From positions 10,376 to 74,375 of the forward strand of contig NMRA01000769.1 in the NCBI GenBank assembly GCA_002633005.1: a stretch of 64,000 nucleotides of DNA. Direction: 5' to 3'. The notes beneath the pieces are model-generated. The model did no database searches and was not told where the DNA came from. It saw only the letters and a program-made list of their open reading frames with translations. Every line of letters begins with the position of its first letter. The first letter of the stretch is position 1. Below are positions 40,846 through 55,800 of the stretch, in pieces. The stretch comes from Phoronis australis. Taxonomy: Eukaryota; Animalia; Phoronida. The translations under genes and the position numbers were made by a program.

Positions 40846-43800
40846 CTGTAATAGAGATTATTGTTTCAAGTTAAAACAAATAAATTCATCAAAATTGTGA
40901 CAACTTCTCGTGAATATTCAGGATCTACAATGAACTTAAAAACACAACAGTGTTCAAAAAATCCAAGACGAGTTGAAAATCGTCGGGCTTTTTGACCCTA
41001 TATTATCACACTCTCAAACGATCCACTACTACTTTAAGAATAGGTATCTGCATTATACACGTATATTAATAAACTTTCAAAGGTGTGCTGATTGGATCCC
41101 AAAAATGTGATACTGACGAATGCTTGGTGCCGTTATATGAGGAATAAACATATCCGACGAGTCTTACCCTGTAGCCTGGCGAATATTCCGAATACTCCAA
41201 AGCATTGAAAGAGTCAGCACTCCAAGGGCATTCCGATTGTACCATTGTCCTTCCACAACTTTGACTCTCATATGACCCCAGCAACGTCATGCTGGCTCCA
41301 CCTTCTTCACGTTGAAAAATCTCCAGTTTTCCTTCGTTCTTTCCAAACATGTGATAGTTGAAATCCACCTTTATGTTACCTGCCAATCAAATTTTTTGAT
41401 CAGGTTGCCATCGCATGAACTGGTACGCCAAAAATAAAACCAAGTTGATCGCTTATCACGTGACAATTCACCTGAGGTCGTGCGACGATTCAACACTATG
41501 ATATGCGTTTGCCAACTCTAAAGTCCTAAAATGACGCTCAGGAACTTGCGTTTAAATACAAGTAGATTACGAGATACAGGAATGATAATTTTATTTGAGT
41601 TTGTGTTGGTTTTGGGTCTTCGTTTGAGAAGTCCAAATGTGTTTTGCAGCTCAACAGTGCGAAGTAGTCATTGAGATCCATCGCGGAATGTATGCAGAAT
41701 AAACTAAAGAATCCCAGATGTCAGCGCATTTATGGCAACAAGTTGGAATCGAGAAGACTGGATGACACCGACAGAAAACACTGTGGCATTGGGCAGGGAG
41801 GAAGCGACACCTACAGGCAATAATTTTACTTACTTAGACCAAGTGCAAAAATACATGAATTAGTCACCACATCTACGCAAAAACAAAGTTACAAATATAT
41901 AAATTAATAAAATATATATTTTTAGTAACCTAAATTTTATGATTGAAAGGACATTCAATCAGATTGATAATTTAGGAAAACGCTATTGTATTCACCTTGG
42001 ATCAAAGCGGTCTCCAAAGTCGCTGTCGACGAAGGAGGGTTGGGCCACGATCCATCGTAATATATGTAGGTATTGCCTTCAGCTGGGGAGGCGGGTCCTG
42101 TGTGACGTGAATTACTTCTGCCGTTCTGTCAATGTCAAGGTATCAGACAGAAGATGACTAAGATGAACAAACAAAAATAATAATATGCCCCAATTACGAT
42201 ACAAACTCGGTTGCTTTTTAAGTTAATGGAAATCCCATTATCCCATCTTTGGCAAATAAAGTACTTTCAGACGTAATCACGCGGGGTTGCCTAAATTGAC
42301 GCCACAAGTGACGCAGACAATCACAAACATGACAATGCTTTACGTTGACACTTGTATTAAATATATACTTGGGACCAACTTGAACCAAACGAATTAAAGT
42401 TTGGTCCTAGCAAAGTTTGCGTAATCTGCAAAACATCTTGCATTTTCAGCCTAAAATCGTCAAATTTCACAGCATGCACATATGTCCGACTTACCCGAAA
42501 AGTGAGGTCAGAGCTATCGTTACGTAGTTGCTTGAATATTCCGAGGGGGTTCTTCTTAGAGAGCTCAAACCCGGATAGAAATGATGAGGAGCTGCTAAAG
42601 TCTGAAAGACAATTTCATTTCCCCAACAATCCACGCAAATCACCCGAGTCAAGAAACGCGTATGAACACTGCCGCAAGAGTGACAGAGTGGGTCTGCGTT
42701 CTGCAGAGCTAAGACCCTTTTAAGGAAGCGCCAATGTGATCAAGTACTTTAATTCGTTGTAATGCAAGGCAAAACTTCTCGAAGATTTGTGTGAATATTG
42801 CACTTTTGTAAACCTCTTGAGTGTAATGAATCTCGGATGGACCTCTCTATGTCGTGCGATTTACAGTCTACACTCTTGTTGATTGCTTTTGTGCACACAC
42901 TCGTCTGATAGCTTAATCAAAAAAAATTCCCATACTGGTGTACTCTAGGACTGACATACATCTAATACTGTAAGATCGAGACTTCTTCGTAAATATTTTG
43001 AATCCCCATGTCAGCAGCAGTCAGTAGTGTTTTGGGCCATTTCAATTCTCGCTATCAGTATGTCCCAAATACTTACCTATGACGTCACACGTGTCACCCT
43101 TCAGCCCCGTGGGACACACGCACGTGCAGGTGGAGGAAGAAGACGAATAGTCCGAATCGTCCACGTGGAAACATGGTCTAGAATCACAAGGGTCTACAAA
43201 CGCATTAAAGATTTCCTATAACTGGCGTCGTGTAGGTAATTTCGGATTAAATGCCTTCAGATTATATAGAGCACGAATGTTTCTAAGGGAAAAAAAGAAG
43301 AACATGAACAATAGAAGAGGCAAAAAGAGATATTACATTCATCATCTTTTGTCGTATTATTTATATCGATTGCGAATAAAATCACTTTTATCGATTGTTT
43401 TAAATGAATAACGACTGTATGACACCAAAACATATTGTTCCAAAAATATACTCAATTATTCCTTTTTTCTTTTCCCAGCAATAGGAGATTCTTTAAATTT
43501 TACCACAAAGTTCAAGGTAAAAAACCACAAGGATGACTGTCATGTGGTGGATAACCAAGCATAACGCCTGCCGTCGCAGAATGTGTTATCGTGTTTTTGT
43601 TTCATTTAGTTTAGTCATCGTGGTTCATAACTTTCTATTGTTGTTTATCACCACTCTCTTTGAGCAGAAGATGACTGATAATTCTTATTCCTAGAACTGT
43701 TTGTTTGTCAGCATAGTGCATCCTTTAGTTTGTCATCTTATTTGGATGGTTAATTCGTGTTTCTCTAGTCTTTCTCCCTCTCTCTCTCTCTCATATACAT

Positions 43801-46800
43801 ATACATATACNATATATATATATATCACTTTTACTTGTATTTCATGTACACGTAGTAGTATCAGTAGTTTTAATGAGTTGATTAGAACTTGTTCCTCCGC
43901 ATTGAGAGTTGTTCCTACTCATGTAACTCTTGCAGTCGTCAATATACATGTACTAGTCAACATTCATCTCTTGTTCTGTTCCAACGAACCACCTCGTACA
44001 CAGTCGAACTGCATTTTCTGTGTACTCCACATTTTACACTTCTAATGTATTAATTACTAGCGAAACCTAACACCAATCGCTGACTTTCAAACTCCGTCGA
44101 CACGATTCTTCAGTATTCAAAAATGTGATAATGGCATGAAAACCTACATTTAGACGCATTCCAGCTTTCAACGATTCCCACTAAGTGAAAAATCATTGAA
44201 AAACGAGAGCAGACAACATCCTCTGCCGGCTAATCTGTTGCTTGTCAGAAAATTAAATAAAGAAGCAGCGGACCAGGGTTGCGTTCCGTACCCTCAGGTA
44301 TCTTGCCAAAAACACAGGCTTCCGCGAGACTTTGCCAGATATCACCATGCACGAAAAGCAGGACCACACAGGCTTTCCGAGTGTCTGGTTTGACAGAACA
44401 CAACCCAATAGTTGACAGATTGTTACCGTGTCACATCAATAAACGTATGTCCAACGAATGCATCACAGTGAGATGCGAGAGACCTAGTGTAATGTATTGT
44501 ACAGAGGTGCACGAATTGATTGCATCACAACACTTATATCCGCGCTGTGCCAGGAAACGGTTATTGACGTACCTGATTTGCAAGCTCCCTCTGTAATTCT
44601 CATATTGTCAATTGCGATATCACTCCTGTAGCTGCTCCCTCTAGTGGCACGAAAGGAAACCTACAATAAAAGATTTACTTTAAAAGGATATAATAACGGG
44701 TTTTAGCCATTTAACAGATATTAACATACGTGTGTGACTTTCCTACCGTAAAACTATTGAAGCCACGTATGATGGAACTTCTTACATAGTCTCCTAAACA
44801 GGTTAACGTATCCTAAGCTTTAGGTATATTACACGACAGCTGTCAGAAAAAAAACACACATCTATATCTATTCTATCAAAAAGAGAGCTTCTGTTTTAGT
44901 CAATCATTGTGAAATGCAAACGTAACATGAACGACAAACAGAGCTACTGATGATTGCTTGAAATACAAAATTTAGTATCGCTTTAACAAGCTCACTCTAA
45001 ATTGAATTTGTTTCAGCGCAATTATAAAAAATGAGACGATAAATTATATTAAGCCGCAGCAAAACACTTACGAACTACCAGATCTTCTCCAAATAAGAAA
45101 CAATTTCTAATCCTTCTAAGGATAGAATAAGATGTCCAAGGTTTTTACATATAAATAGATCCGTGTTAATACGCTTTGGGGCATCACTGTGTTTTTACAG
45201 AGGACAGTCAGTTTAAACAACAGAAATATTTCGTTAATGACTTCCTGAAACGCCTCTGATGGTCATGTAGTAACAACCGACAAATAGCCTGCTTAAATCG
45301 GTCAATACGTTGTCCGAACATCAAAGTGTCTGGCGAACGACCGCGTAACTGGCACTCTCGTTATAGGCTTGGATTGTATTATACCTGGTACACGGTGGAA
45401 TTTGAACCTTGTGACTTACGACTGTCAATTCATTTAAAGACATGATTTACGCATGCGTAAATTCATCACAAATGAACAAAACAATGCATTGGGTCAGCCT
45501 TTATGGCAATTACCTGGAGTGAATCTGGTGCAATTTTAACGAATAGTATGGACAGTAGCGTATCTAGGACACCATAAGGGGAGTCCTACATGTTGCCTCG
45601 GGGAATTGGGCAAGGCGCGATTGTATGCGCACAGAGGACTTGAAAGTTCTGTGGGCCGAGGATGTGGACCTCCTCTTTAGAAAATCTGTCGGTGGACTAA
45701 AAGAAAAACGGGAATGCGATTCCGCTGGGATCTTAGCCACCCTATCTGCTACCGGTCCTAGGTACTGAGCTGCTTTTCTTCACGCTTCATGCTGTTTCGG
45801 TTTCACTTAATTACGGCTGCCAAAAGGGGGCAGGGCCGCCCCCCCACCTATATCCGCATTAGGTTGAGAAATTCCTAGAAAATGCAGCCATTCTGACCGT
45901 TCAGCAGAATTTTAGATGCGGGTACCAGTGCCCTTCAGACGATTGAATCATTTTTAATTATAGAACTCACATGTACTGTGCAAGGGCATTAGGATGCATG
46001 TTACCACTCCGGTACCTACATTTAAAAAGGGCGAGTTTGTAATTTTGGGGAGAAAAATATCCGCACTCGCAGTTTTTCTTAATATGTAACACATGGCGAT
46101 ATATCACGAAGTCGTGCTTTTTCGCAAACTTCTCGTGTCTGCGGCAGATGTCTCCTGGGTGTTTGCCATAGTGTGTCTGAAGACATTTCCATATACAGAT
46201 TCATATGCATTGCTTCTTTGATTTTTCTTTCAGACAGACTTGTTTTACAGAAGATTACGGGAATGTTGTCTACGTTATTTTGGCCACACATGGGCTGTTG
46301 AATATCTGTAAATTAATGAGTTCAACAACCCAAATGGTTCAAATCCTGAGTTCCAGGTGCCCTGTTCGTTCTTTTACGAACTCAGCAACGTCAAGTGAAG
46401 GCTGCAGGAATGAAAAATCTAAACAATGTGCCAATTAAATAACAAAGATGAAATGCTACGTCAGGGACATTTCAATATCCGTCAACTTCAGGCTTCCTAG
46501 TAAACGACGTTTCGTGTTGCTTGCCTTCTGCGTTCCTTGCGGCACAGTCACGGCCACAGTTTGCCAGTCGTTTGAGGTGCGCGAAAACGTCATCAACTCA
46601 GAGTTGTTACCCATGATCGTGAATGACCCCATGGTGTTGCCGTACATGCTCAAAGACAAGCGGAGACAGGCAGCGCCCCCCTCTAAAGATGGAGAAATAG
46701 AGCAGCTGAACCATAACTTCTGGCTATGTGACGCATAAAGTTCCAAGAACTTTCTTTTCATCAAAACTAAGCCCAGCACATTATCACTAGCTGAATTTTG

Positions 46801-49800
46801 ATGACAGGATATCAGCGTTAGGTGGATAACTATTTGTAACCATCAAGTAACGACAGACGAGCCATAAACTTTTGAGTGAAACGTCATTGCCGTGCTTACA
46901 ATATACAGCCGTCAGGCTACTGGCTGTCTTACAATGAAATTAGGGTTGGCAAATGCTGGTGGTATTGTCTTGGTTTGTCTCACAGTCATGTGACAATACT
47001 TTTTCCCTTTGATGGTAACATTGTGCACGCCAACGAATGGTTACTGCAAAGTTATAGAAAGAAAAACAAAGAAATTAGTGCAGACCTGTTGCAATCAGAT
47101 TGCCACAAATCCATGCTAAACTTGTAGGGTAAATATCGTCCTGCACGCTAACTGAATAATGAATTCAAACCCCCACTCGGCATTTAATAGAACCAAATTT
47201 AAGTTATTGTCAAACTATGATCGATCAAGCATTGGTATTGATCTGTCTCTGTAAAGATCCCCCCTTCCATTATCTGAGCACTAGCCTGTAAGTTCAGCAA
47301 TATTAGCCTCCAAACTGGCGATGTCTCCAGTCTTTGCAGGCCTAGACGATTCGAAATACACGTATCCAAATCTATTGGACGCGAAACTGGGTCCGGTGTT
47401 GAGCGTGGGCGTTGTGTCCTGTAACAGGAGAAGAAATGCAAAATTACAAACTGCCATTAATTTAGGATGTACATTATCGCTATCATCTCGCAGTGAAACT
47501 GAGTGATTATTAACGTTGGCAACGCATTCCAAAAATTATCCACCAAAGTCTTATTGACTTTAAGGAATTGTAACAAATTACCTTTAGAAGGGACCGAACT
47601 CCATGTATGAGTGAAGGCCAAAACATCGTGATTTAATTACTGTACTAAACTATCTTCCATGTATATTCGTAGCTCCACATATGTGTGGTACTGGTGAGGC
47701 TAGGGCTACATGCCGTTGGTCAAGATATGTGACAGACATTTGTTGACTGTATTTCAGTTTTCAATCTAAGTTTTCCCACAACCAAAATCGTCCAGTATAT
47801 TTTTACAGCTCAAAACCAAGGAAAATACATTCATTGCCACTCGCATTATATATGCCTAATGTGCATTAAGTCTGGGAGAGTCTGAGTTTTGTGTCGCAAC
47901 GTTGCATTCTATGGAGTAGCATCTCCTGCTCAACTCGCAGTGCATGGCGAAAACTCGCACGTGCTTGCCTGATCTCCCTTAATTCGAGAAATCTATCGTT
48001 TTGGAGCACAGTTGCGTTCCACTCACGCTTCGGATGTGTATCCAGTCCAAATCGTCTTCTTCTGACTGCACCAAAAAGTCACACAGTGGATGAGCAGAAC
48101 TTTCAAAGTCACAGGCAAACCGGATTCCTTTAAACAAGAAATATTGCACCCACAGATGGTGAACTGGAAACAGGTCTTCTTCACAGCTTAATAGAAGTTC
48201 CTAGTTTCAGGGATTATTTAACGAAGAGTAGATGAACGTAGTGTATCTCATAAAGCGGTTCTTAAATTACAAAAACTGGAAACCCATTTCTTCCTGACAA
48301 ACGACTGATTACCTACTGACAGCTTGAATTAATGATAGGGGCAAACACATCGACGATTTCCACCAATTTAAATTGTCTTACATAAGTTTGAAGTCTCAAC
48401 CGACAGTATGCTTGCACGCTTACGTTTGCAGATGGGAGGATTGGACCAGAGACCATTTGCTTGGCACGTCACATTTGGCAAGCCAACTAACTCGAAGTCA
48501 CCAAAGCAGATGTAAGTAACGGTGTGCCCTGTATGGTACTTATTCATCAATATCTCAGAGATGAAAGCGTTTTTGACTTCTGGCGGATCGGAACAAGTGG
48601 GCTCTGTAAAGAAAATATTTTGGGATAAAGTTTTCGATGAAATAAGTTTCTCGTAAAGGTGATTTAAACCCAAATGCAACAGTAACGTCATTTATTTACA
48701 AAATGACCTTGCTTCATGTTTTAGTTTGGGATGACTGCTAGGATAGTTTTGAGGCATGTTCACTGGGCGGAATTTGTGTCGAGGGAGCCTTACACGTTGT
48801 ATTTTGTTACAGAGCCGAGCTCGTTGATTTTTTTGTGAAGTCTCGGCACGATCAACCCTTTGCCACATGGTCTTCAATCCGATTTTGATAGAAAAGTGAT
48901 CTTGAGCACTAAACTACAGCGGCTCTTACCTGGTCCATAAATCATAGGTATCTTCCTTAGAACGAAACAAATGGAGACGACTTTGACAACACTAAAGGGT
49001 TTAAGTAAGAAGCTTCATTTCCGGATAAAAGCCGCATCAAACTAAAAATGATGCCATACTCTTGCTTTTGTTCATGACTTTGACGGGGACTTATTCTGTT
49101 GGTTACGTGACAGGGTTAGGCTCAGGATATCTTATGGCTAACAACGGAGGGTAATGAGGTGAACGTTACTTTGGCAACGGCACTGTCTTTATTGAGTCAA
49201 CAATTGGCAGTTACTCTACTTATTTTTTATTTGTTTTCATTCAAAAAAGAGTTTGGTATTCAGATGTACATGTATTACTAGAGAATGTCACAAGTGATAA
49301 GGCAAGTAATTAAACAACTGACAAACACAAAATGCACTATTTAGGAAGCTTTGTTCAGTTCCTATTTAGATATGCTTCTTGCAACCGACCACTACAACCC
49401 TACAGTGCAAGTCCTCTACTGTAACCTGCTGGGAGCGTGTCTCTGAGTGGAGCAGTTAATGAACTATTGATGTCTAATCGTTTCATCCAAGAGGGCAATG
49501 AGAATCGGTAATCAGATCGGTCATTCATGAACGACATTAATTTTTGTTTACCTGGTTTTTCATTGCACGATCCTGGCCACGTCTCCACATGATCGACAGC
49601 TACATCTGCCTTAAAACTTCGTCTCGTGTATTCAAAAGCAAACTGTAATATAAATAGTCGGTAATTACATCATATACCGTGTAGATGGAATGTGCGCAAA
49701 TACCAGAACAGTGTTCAATGTGAAATTATTCTGCTGAGTTCTAAAGTACGAAGTATGCTCTTTTGGAACTTGACATCTTTGACTTTGTTTCTGATCAGTG

Positions 49801-52800
49801 GGTTGCAATACATAGTGCTTAGCATAGAAATTGTAAAAATGGCATTTTCTTTATCTTTAACCATTTATGTAAGACATCAACTCTGATCACTTGAAAGGCA
49901 TCACTAAAATAGGAAATTCTAGATTTACAGCACTGTGGGTGTATCTATACGTGTAGCGTAAGCATGTATTTCCGAGATCAGTGACGTCACATTCAACGCT
50001 TAATTTTGGAGAACAGGGATTTCATTCCGCAAGATTAACGTGTTATGTAAAGTTGGTAACAGCGTGTTTCGTGTAGATGTAACCACTCCAAACACGGCAA
50101 AACACCCTCCACTGCTTTACAAATTAAACGCATGCACATTGCTAAGTTTCTTAGAAATCAAACATCAGAAGTTAACTTTTACCCAAACAGTAACGCCATC
50201 TGTTCGAGGGTCTATCGTTATCTTCTCACACACCCACTGATCACCCAAGTTCTGGTTGCTGCTGTAGCGAACGTCTCTTGCACCGTTTGAATAATGCAGG
50301 ACCACATCGAAGTTGCTCATGGACACAGAACTGCCGTACATATGGAGACAGAATGATATACAGCGACCATCGGACAACGCTGAAAAACATAGAAACTTTC
50401 GGAAAAGTGTTTTACGGAACACAGAAGGCGAATGACATAATATACTACACTGTATCTTCTAAAACTACCTTTGGTTCTATAGCATGTTCTTGTCGCTTTT
50501 ACATGTATCTGTTAATGGATTGAGAAGCTGTTCCAGACGGGCAACATTGTAGTTCGAGAAATTGCACAACACGCTCTAAATGCCATCACGGCTTCACTGT
50601 TGCATTCACTTGGGCGTTGGATCATGTGGTACGGATGAGACAAGTGATAAATTCTGACTAAGTGTTCGTCAAGGCATAGCACGTCAACTGATTCTAAACA
50701 GGGCACTTTGAGTAGGGACTGGGCGAGGTTTATGTTAGTTTGTTAATTTTACTGTGAAACTACTATTCGCTATCATCGCCAAAATGAACTACAAAGGGTT
50801 GTAGACAGTAACATGTCCTAAGAACAACGTTGTAAATTTCGAAGTTGCTTGCTGAGTACAGTTCAGTGGCTGTTTTATTTATTATTTATTTATTATTACG
50901 ATATTTAAAGTGAGGGTGGCCTCTTCAGTGATAGCACTGCTTTCCAAGAGGGTCCTCAACAAGAAAAACAGTAAATATAATTCAATAAAGTAATAAAACA
51001 ACAATGAAATATACGTAACAAAGGTACAATCATGAATTAAAACAGGTTGAGAATTAAGACAATAACTAAATGTGGTGAGGAAATCACGTGCTCCTTTTAA
51101 AACACGAGTGGCCTTCACGAATGATGTGCGCCTACTTACGGAAGTCACTCGCTGAAGACAGGATTGCTTTATAGTTGTTTTTCACTGGATACGACGCCTC
51201 GCAATACATGTAATTGGAAGAGCCATCGTAACCGGACGACGGTCCAGTGCCGAAGGTCGTAGTCTTACCCTGAATACAAAGTAAACTATTTGTGTGGTTC
51301 GATAACGAGGCGGATACAGAATTTTGAGCTTTAAGGTAGGGCAGGGCAGATTATTAGCCAGGATTTTATCTGTCAGTCTTTCGCACCCCTGACCTGCCAA
51401 CTTGAATCTGGGTGAATTTCATGCAGGCCCCCTTGGCCGCCCTCTGAATCCTTCACTGGACATGCAACAAATTCATGTAACTTTGTCATATGAGGAAAAG
51501 AATGCCGATGTACATTCTTATTAGACTATCACAATTCATAATTTTATTTAAATCATGTTTGCTGCCATTCAACCCACAATCTGCTATATATGACGAGACA
51601 TTTGCTCAAATCAGGAGTGGATGCGCAAATGGACTCACACAACTTGGGTTGGAAATAGTGACGTCCTGGTGAAATACCTTCATGTGGGTTATAAGCTTTG
51701 ATAAAGCTAACTTGCATGAAAACCAGTTTTGTGAAATAAGTAGGAAAACAATGCTTGAAAAGTAAATTCAACCGTTGTTTAAAATAGAATGCTGAATACT
51801 CCTGGCATACTGAGACAATACACGGTAGCCTATTTCACGTGACAAATGATCGATTCTTATAAACAACCAGTGAAAATGGCTCGCCTAGGACAGTGATAGG
51901 ATTGAGGATTTTGTGTTGAAGTGTACTCCTACCAATTTACGTGAATTTGTGGCATATGGCTATCTAGAATAGTCCCAGGACAACTAAAGCATATGAATAG
52001 AACACTATTTCAAAACATTGCTGTTAGCCATCATGATATTGAACCGGATTCCACACAATTTGTTCAATCCTATATGCACGCACTCCCTGGTGTAACGCCG
52101 CGCTTCCCACATGTACATAAAAGTCAAAAATGGCGACAGTGGTTTGTGAGAACAAGTTTATTTTGTTTGATATTTGACATAAAGTTCTCATTTTAGCACA
52201 GTTTTCAGTTGGCGGTACAACTTTTACTAGACATATAAAATCATGCTATCAGATATACAAGTAGAACTATTAAGATCACACACCGTTGCAAATGTGAAAC
52301 TGTGGCAATCCTCGAATACATGTAGCGCGAACTGAAGTAATTCTGAAAGACACCTTTAATAGTGTCAAAAACAGCAATTTGAGCTGCACGAGTAAAAGCA
52401 GTAATCACTTTAGGATATCGATGGCAATCACAAATAAAACAATCATTTACATAATAATTGTCAACCCCTTGTGTCTGTCTCCCCTTGTTTCGTACCGCAC
52501 GTCACTCAGGAGTCTGTATGTTAAAAATACCCCCGCCAGCATTGCATTATCCAATTACCTCGTTATCCTGTCAGTGTTTGAAACTCTTGTCTTAACTTTA
52601 GTCACTACGGTACAATTATCTTCAGTCTCGTTAATAACTTGAACGAAACAACTTTTCCTTTTTGTTTCTGCACTCCGCCGGTTGTCGGACAAATCCACGC
52701 ACCCTATGAGGTTGACTTCTACAAGCGTCCGTAACGTACAAGTACATGTACACTTGCTACTGCGACAATTTCGGTATCGAACGCGAACACAGAAGTTTTC

Positions 52801-55800
52801 AGAACTTAGGTAGGACAGTTTGTGGCGCCCCACAAACAAACTATGGCAACAAACAATGCAATAGTCTCTGCTTCGACGGTATTCACAAATTATCGCTATG
52901 GAGATGGTGACAGTCTAATGAATTGAAAGGCTTGAAATCTTACAGGATTTTATGTTATTCGAAAACTGGTCGAAAATGACACTTTTTAATTTTGATTTAA
53001 ACACCAGGGGGCACCTCATATGAACGCGCAGGAATTTATTGTTTTGATACATAAACGTCATCCCACGTGGAACATTGTGGATTTCTCTTGAGCTAGTTGG
53101 CGATTCCAACTTAACGTTGTTTATGCCCTTCACTACTTGAGTGGGCTCACAAAGGTGTACGTGGCGACTTTGTGACCACTTGATGATGCCGCCAAGAAAA
53201 ATATGATTTATCTAGAAGTTAGGATTAGTATTAAAGGACTTTTTACTTTCACCTAGCGTTCTTTTAACTCACGAGGATTTCTTAGATTGAACTCGCAGAG
53301 GCTAAAATAAAACCAGAAAATGTTTTATGTCACAGGTGTCGACAACACTCCACAAAAAACTAATTGTTCATTGATTAAATGTTCGAAGAACTCGTTGTGA
53401 CCGATATTAAAACATCAACCTATCAAAATTCACGTAACAATTCCTGATATCCAGGGCCATATCCTTATGACAAAGCGTCACTGGCGGCATGACAGGACAA
53501 TAAGTGTGCTCACACTACACCAAATAATTGACAGACTAACACCTCAGGTCACTTCACAAAATGGCCGATTATAACAAAAAAGTCACGAGGAACAGCTTAA
53601 GTGGAATGCGCGAGTGGATGTGCCTGTATTTTTGGGAATGGTGTCGTGCATATCCATAAAAAGATAACCAATTGATAATAGGGATTACTACACTGAGGTT
53701 TTGCTTTTTTACGTGTCTGATAAAAACATTTTTTACCGAAATTAAGAAGTGACAGCAGAATATGTTAAGTGCAATTCAAAAGTAAAACATCAATCGTTAT
53801 TTCAATGAATAACCGGGAGAAAACAGCGAGATTCTGCGATATTCATAAAACAACAATCGCCAAAAATGCGTCATTCGGTCGTACAGCTGATAACTGTCCA
53901 TTTATCTACTCGGCAATTTCAAATTCACGGAAGAATCACCTTCTTGTTTAGATTGTTCCTATCAACTGAGTTGTTGCACATTTCAAACAACATAACATAC
54001 GTATACTTAGCACGGCATGTATTGTCGTACTCGCCGTATAGTGTCGCACCGGTCGCAACAATACGTGACGAAAGTAACAAACTATTTCAAAAAAGCCTCA
54101 TCATCTCTTGGAAATTAAATACATGTAGAATCTAATTAACTTACTATGTGTCTGGTCCAATCAAAATCATCCTCTCGCAGGTTGACCATCAGGATCACTG
54201 ACGAGTCCTCGAAATCATCCGTAATTACCTTTGAAGGATCTAGTTAAAAAAACAGAACATATTGAGAAACCAGTACTGTCATGAATACGAAACGTCGTCA
54301 TCGGCAGTTACTCGATAACTAGTTCTACAGAGGCGGAGAAATATCACTAAAATGTGCTGTACTTATCTCCCGTGGACGACATTGTTTGAGGAAACACTGC
54401 GATGATTGACTAGATTGTAAAATAACTACGGGGACCGGAATTAACAGATAAAGTTAAAATCATGATTTCAATATAAAGTTATTTCACTGCTAAGCAAATT
54501 ACAACTTGGATGTATACATTATATTATTCACGATTCGTTAGGCGTGGGAAAATGTCGTCTTTATCTGGTGATCATACAAATGTTCACGGTCCGGTTGAAT
54601 GGCAGAATGAACAAACACATTCATTTGCGTTTCTCACTTAAGCCGGCGGGGGAGTAAAGCATGTTAAAAACAACAAATATATAACTAGTTGCAATTACGA
54701 CTTTGCAAACACGTTTGGTGCCAACTCATATCTCCTCCCGCGAACCAACTACGCTCAGTTTTGAGCGCATTGTAGGATTGTAATGTCGTCAGTTAACGCC
54801 TGGTGCAGAACAAGTTTTCACGAGGTGCATCCCAAGATCACCTCTTGTACATCTTATTCATGTAGTCGCCATTTTAGTATTCAGTCACATTTTAGGTTTA
54901 AAAATCAATACATTTGAGAAGAAAATATAAAGAGGAACGCAAACAACACGGTTTGCGCTATTATTAAGCGCAGAACATGTTCTTTTTAACGCGAAAACAA
55001 AGCTCACTATTAAAAAAGCAACTCCGTGAATGAGGTGTATATTTTTAGTTAACCTTCGACACAAACAGAATGCAAGTCTTCAATGAAGTTAAAGCAAAAG
55101 TTATGCGAATAGTTTCTATCACAAAACAGCTCTGCATCGATTGACCAGCGAAGACAACATCCAAACTATAAAACTAATCACGTGATTAAGTAATCAATGG
55201 CAACCCCGCAGAATTCACGTCATGATGGCACAAAGTGTATTATTAAAAGTTCCTTGCACCTCATACAGAACACCGCCGGGTTTGCATTGAAAATGGGGTT
55301 GTTCAAGCCCCATAAATTTGAATCACGCCATTGTGCACGCGCTGCATCAATTACAAACCGTGGACTCGTGTACAGCATTGAGATAGTTTGCGGGTACAAC
55401 GGTTGCACATGCACTGTGGAATTTTCGCCATTCACAGTAAAACTGCGCTATTTTGGTTAATACTGTATGCAATCAATGACTGACTCCTTATAATATCATG
55501 ACATGGCAGTCTACTGTGTGAGAAACGCAAAACACTGTAAACGCGTATATGCATGAACGCAAATGCTGAGAACCGAAATTGTGGGCAAGTGTGACGATTG
55601 GCTTCTGTTAAAAATATTACGAAAACAGATTAATTCACTCCGTATTGTCTTTGTACGACCACAGATGAAATTTCATGTTTTCGGAGGAATGCATTTGCCT
55701 ACAGGATTCAGTGTTAAGGCTTCCCGAAACCATGTTATGAGGATTTTGGAGACCTACATTCTTACTAAATGTCTTAGTTTTATAAGCGATAACTCTCATA

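Noticed and set aside
44945-44970. CTGATGA...GAAA hammerhead-like core
   Set aside because: I could not build the flanking helices, and there is no Penelope-like context
48930-48955. 26-nt candidate micro-exon on - with a strong donor
   Set aside because: Not a multiple of 3, so it would frameshift between two phase-1 exons
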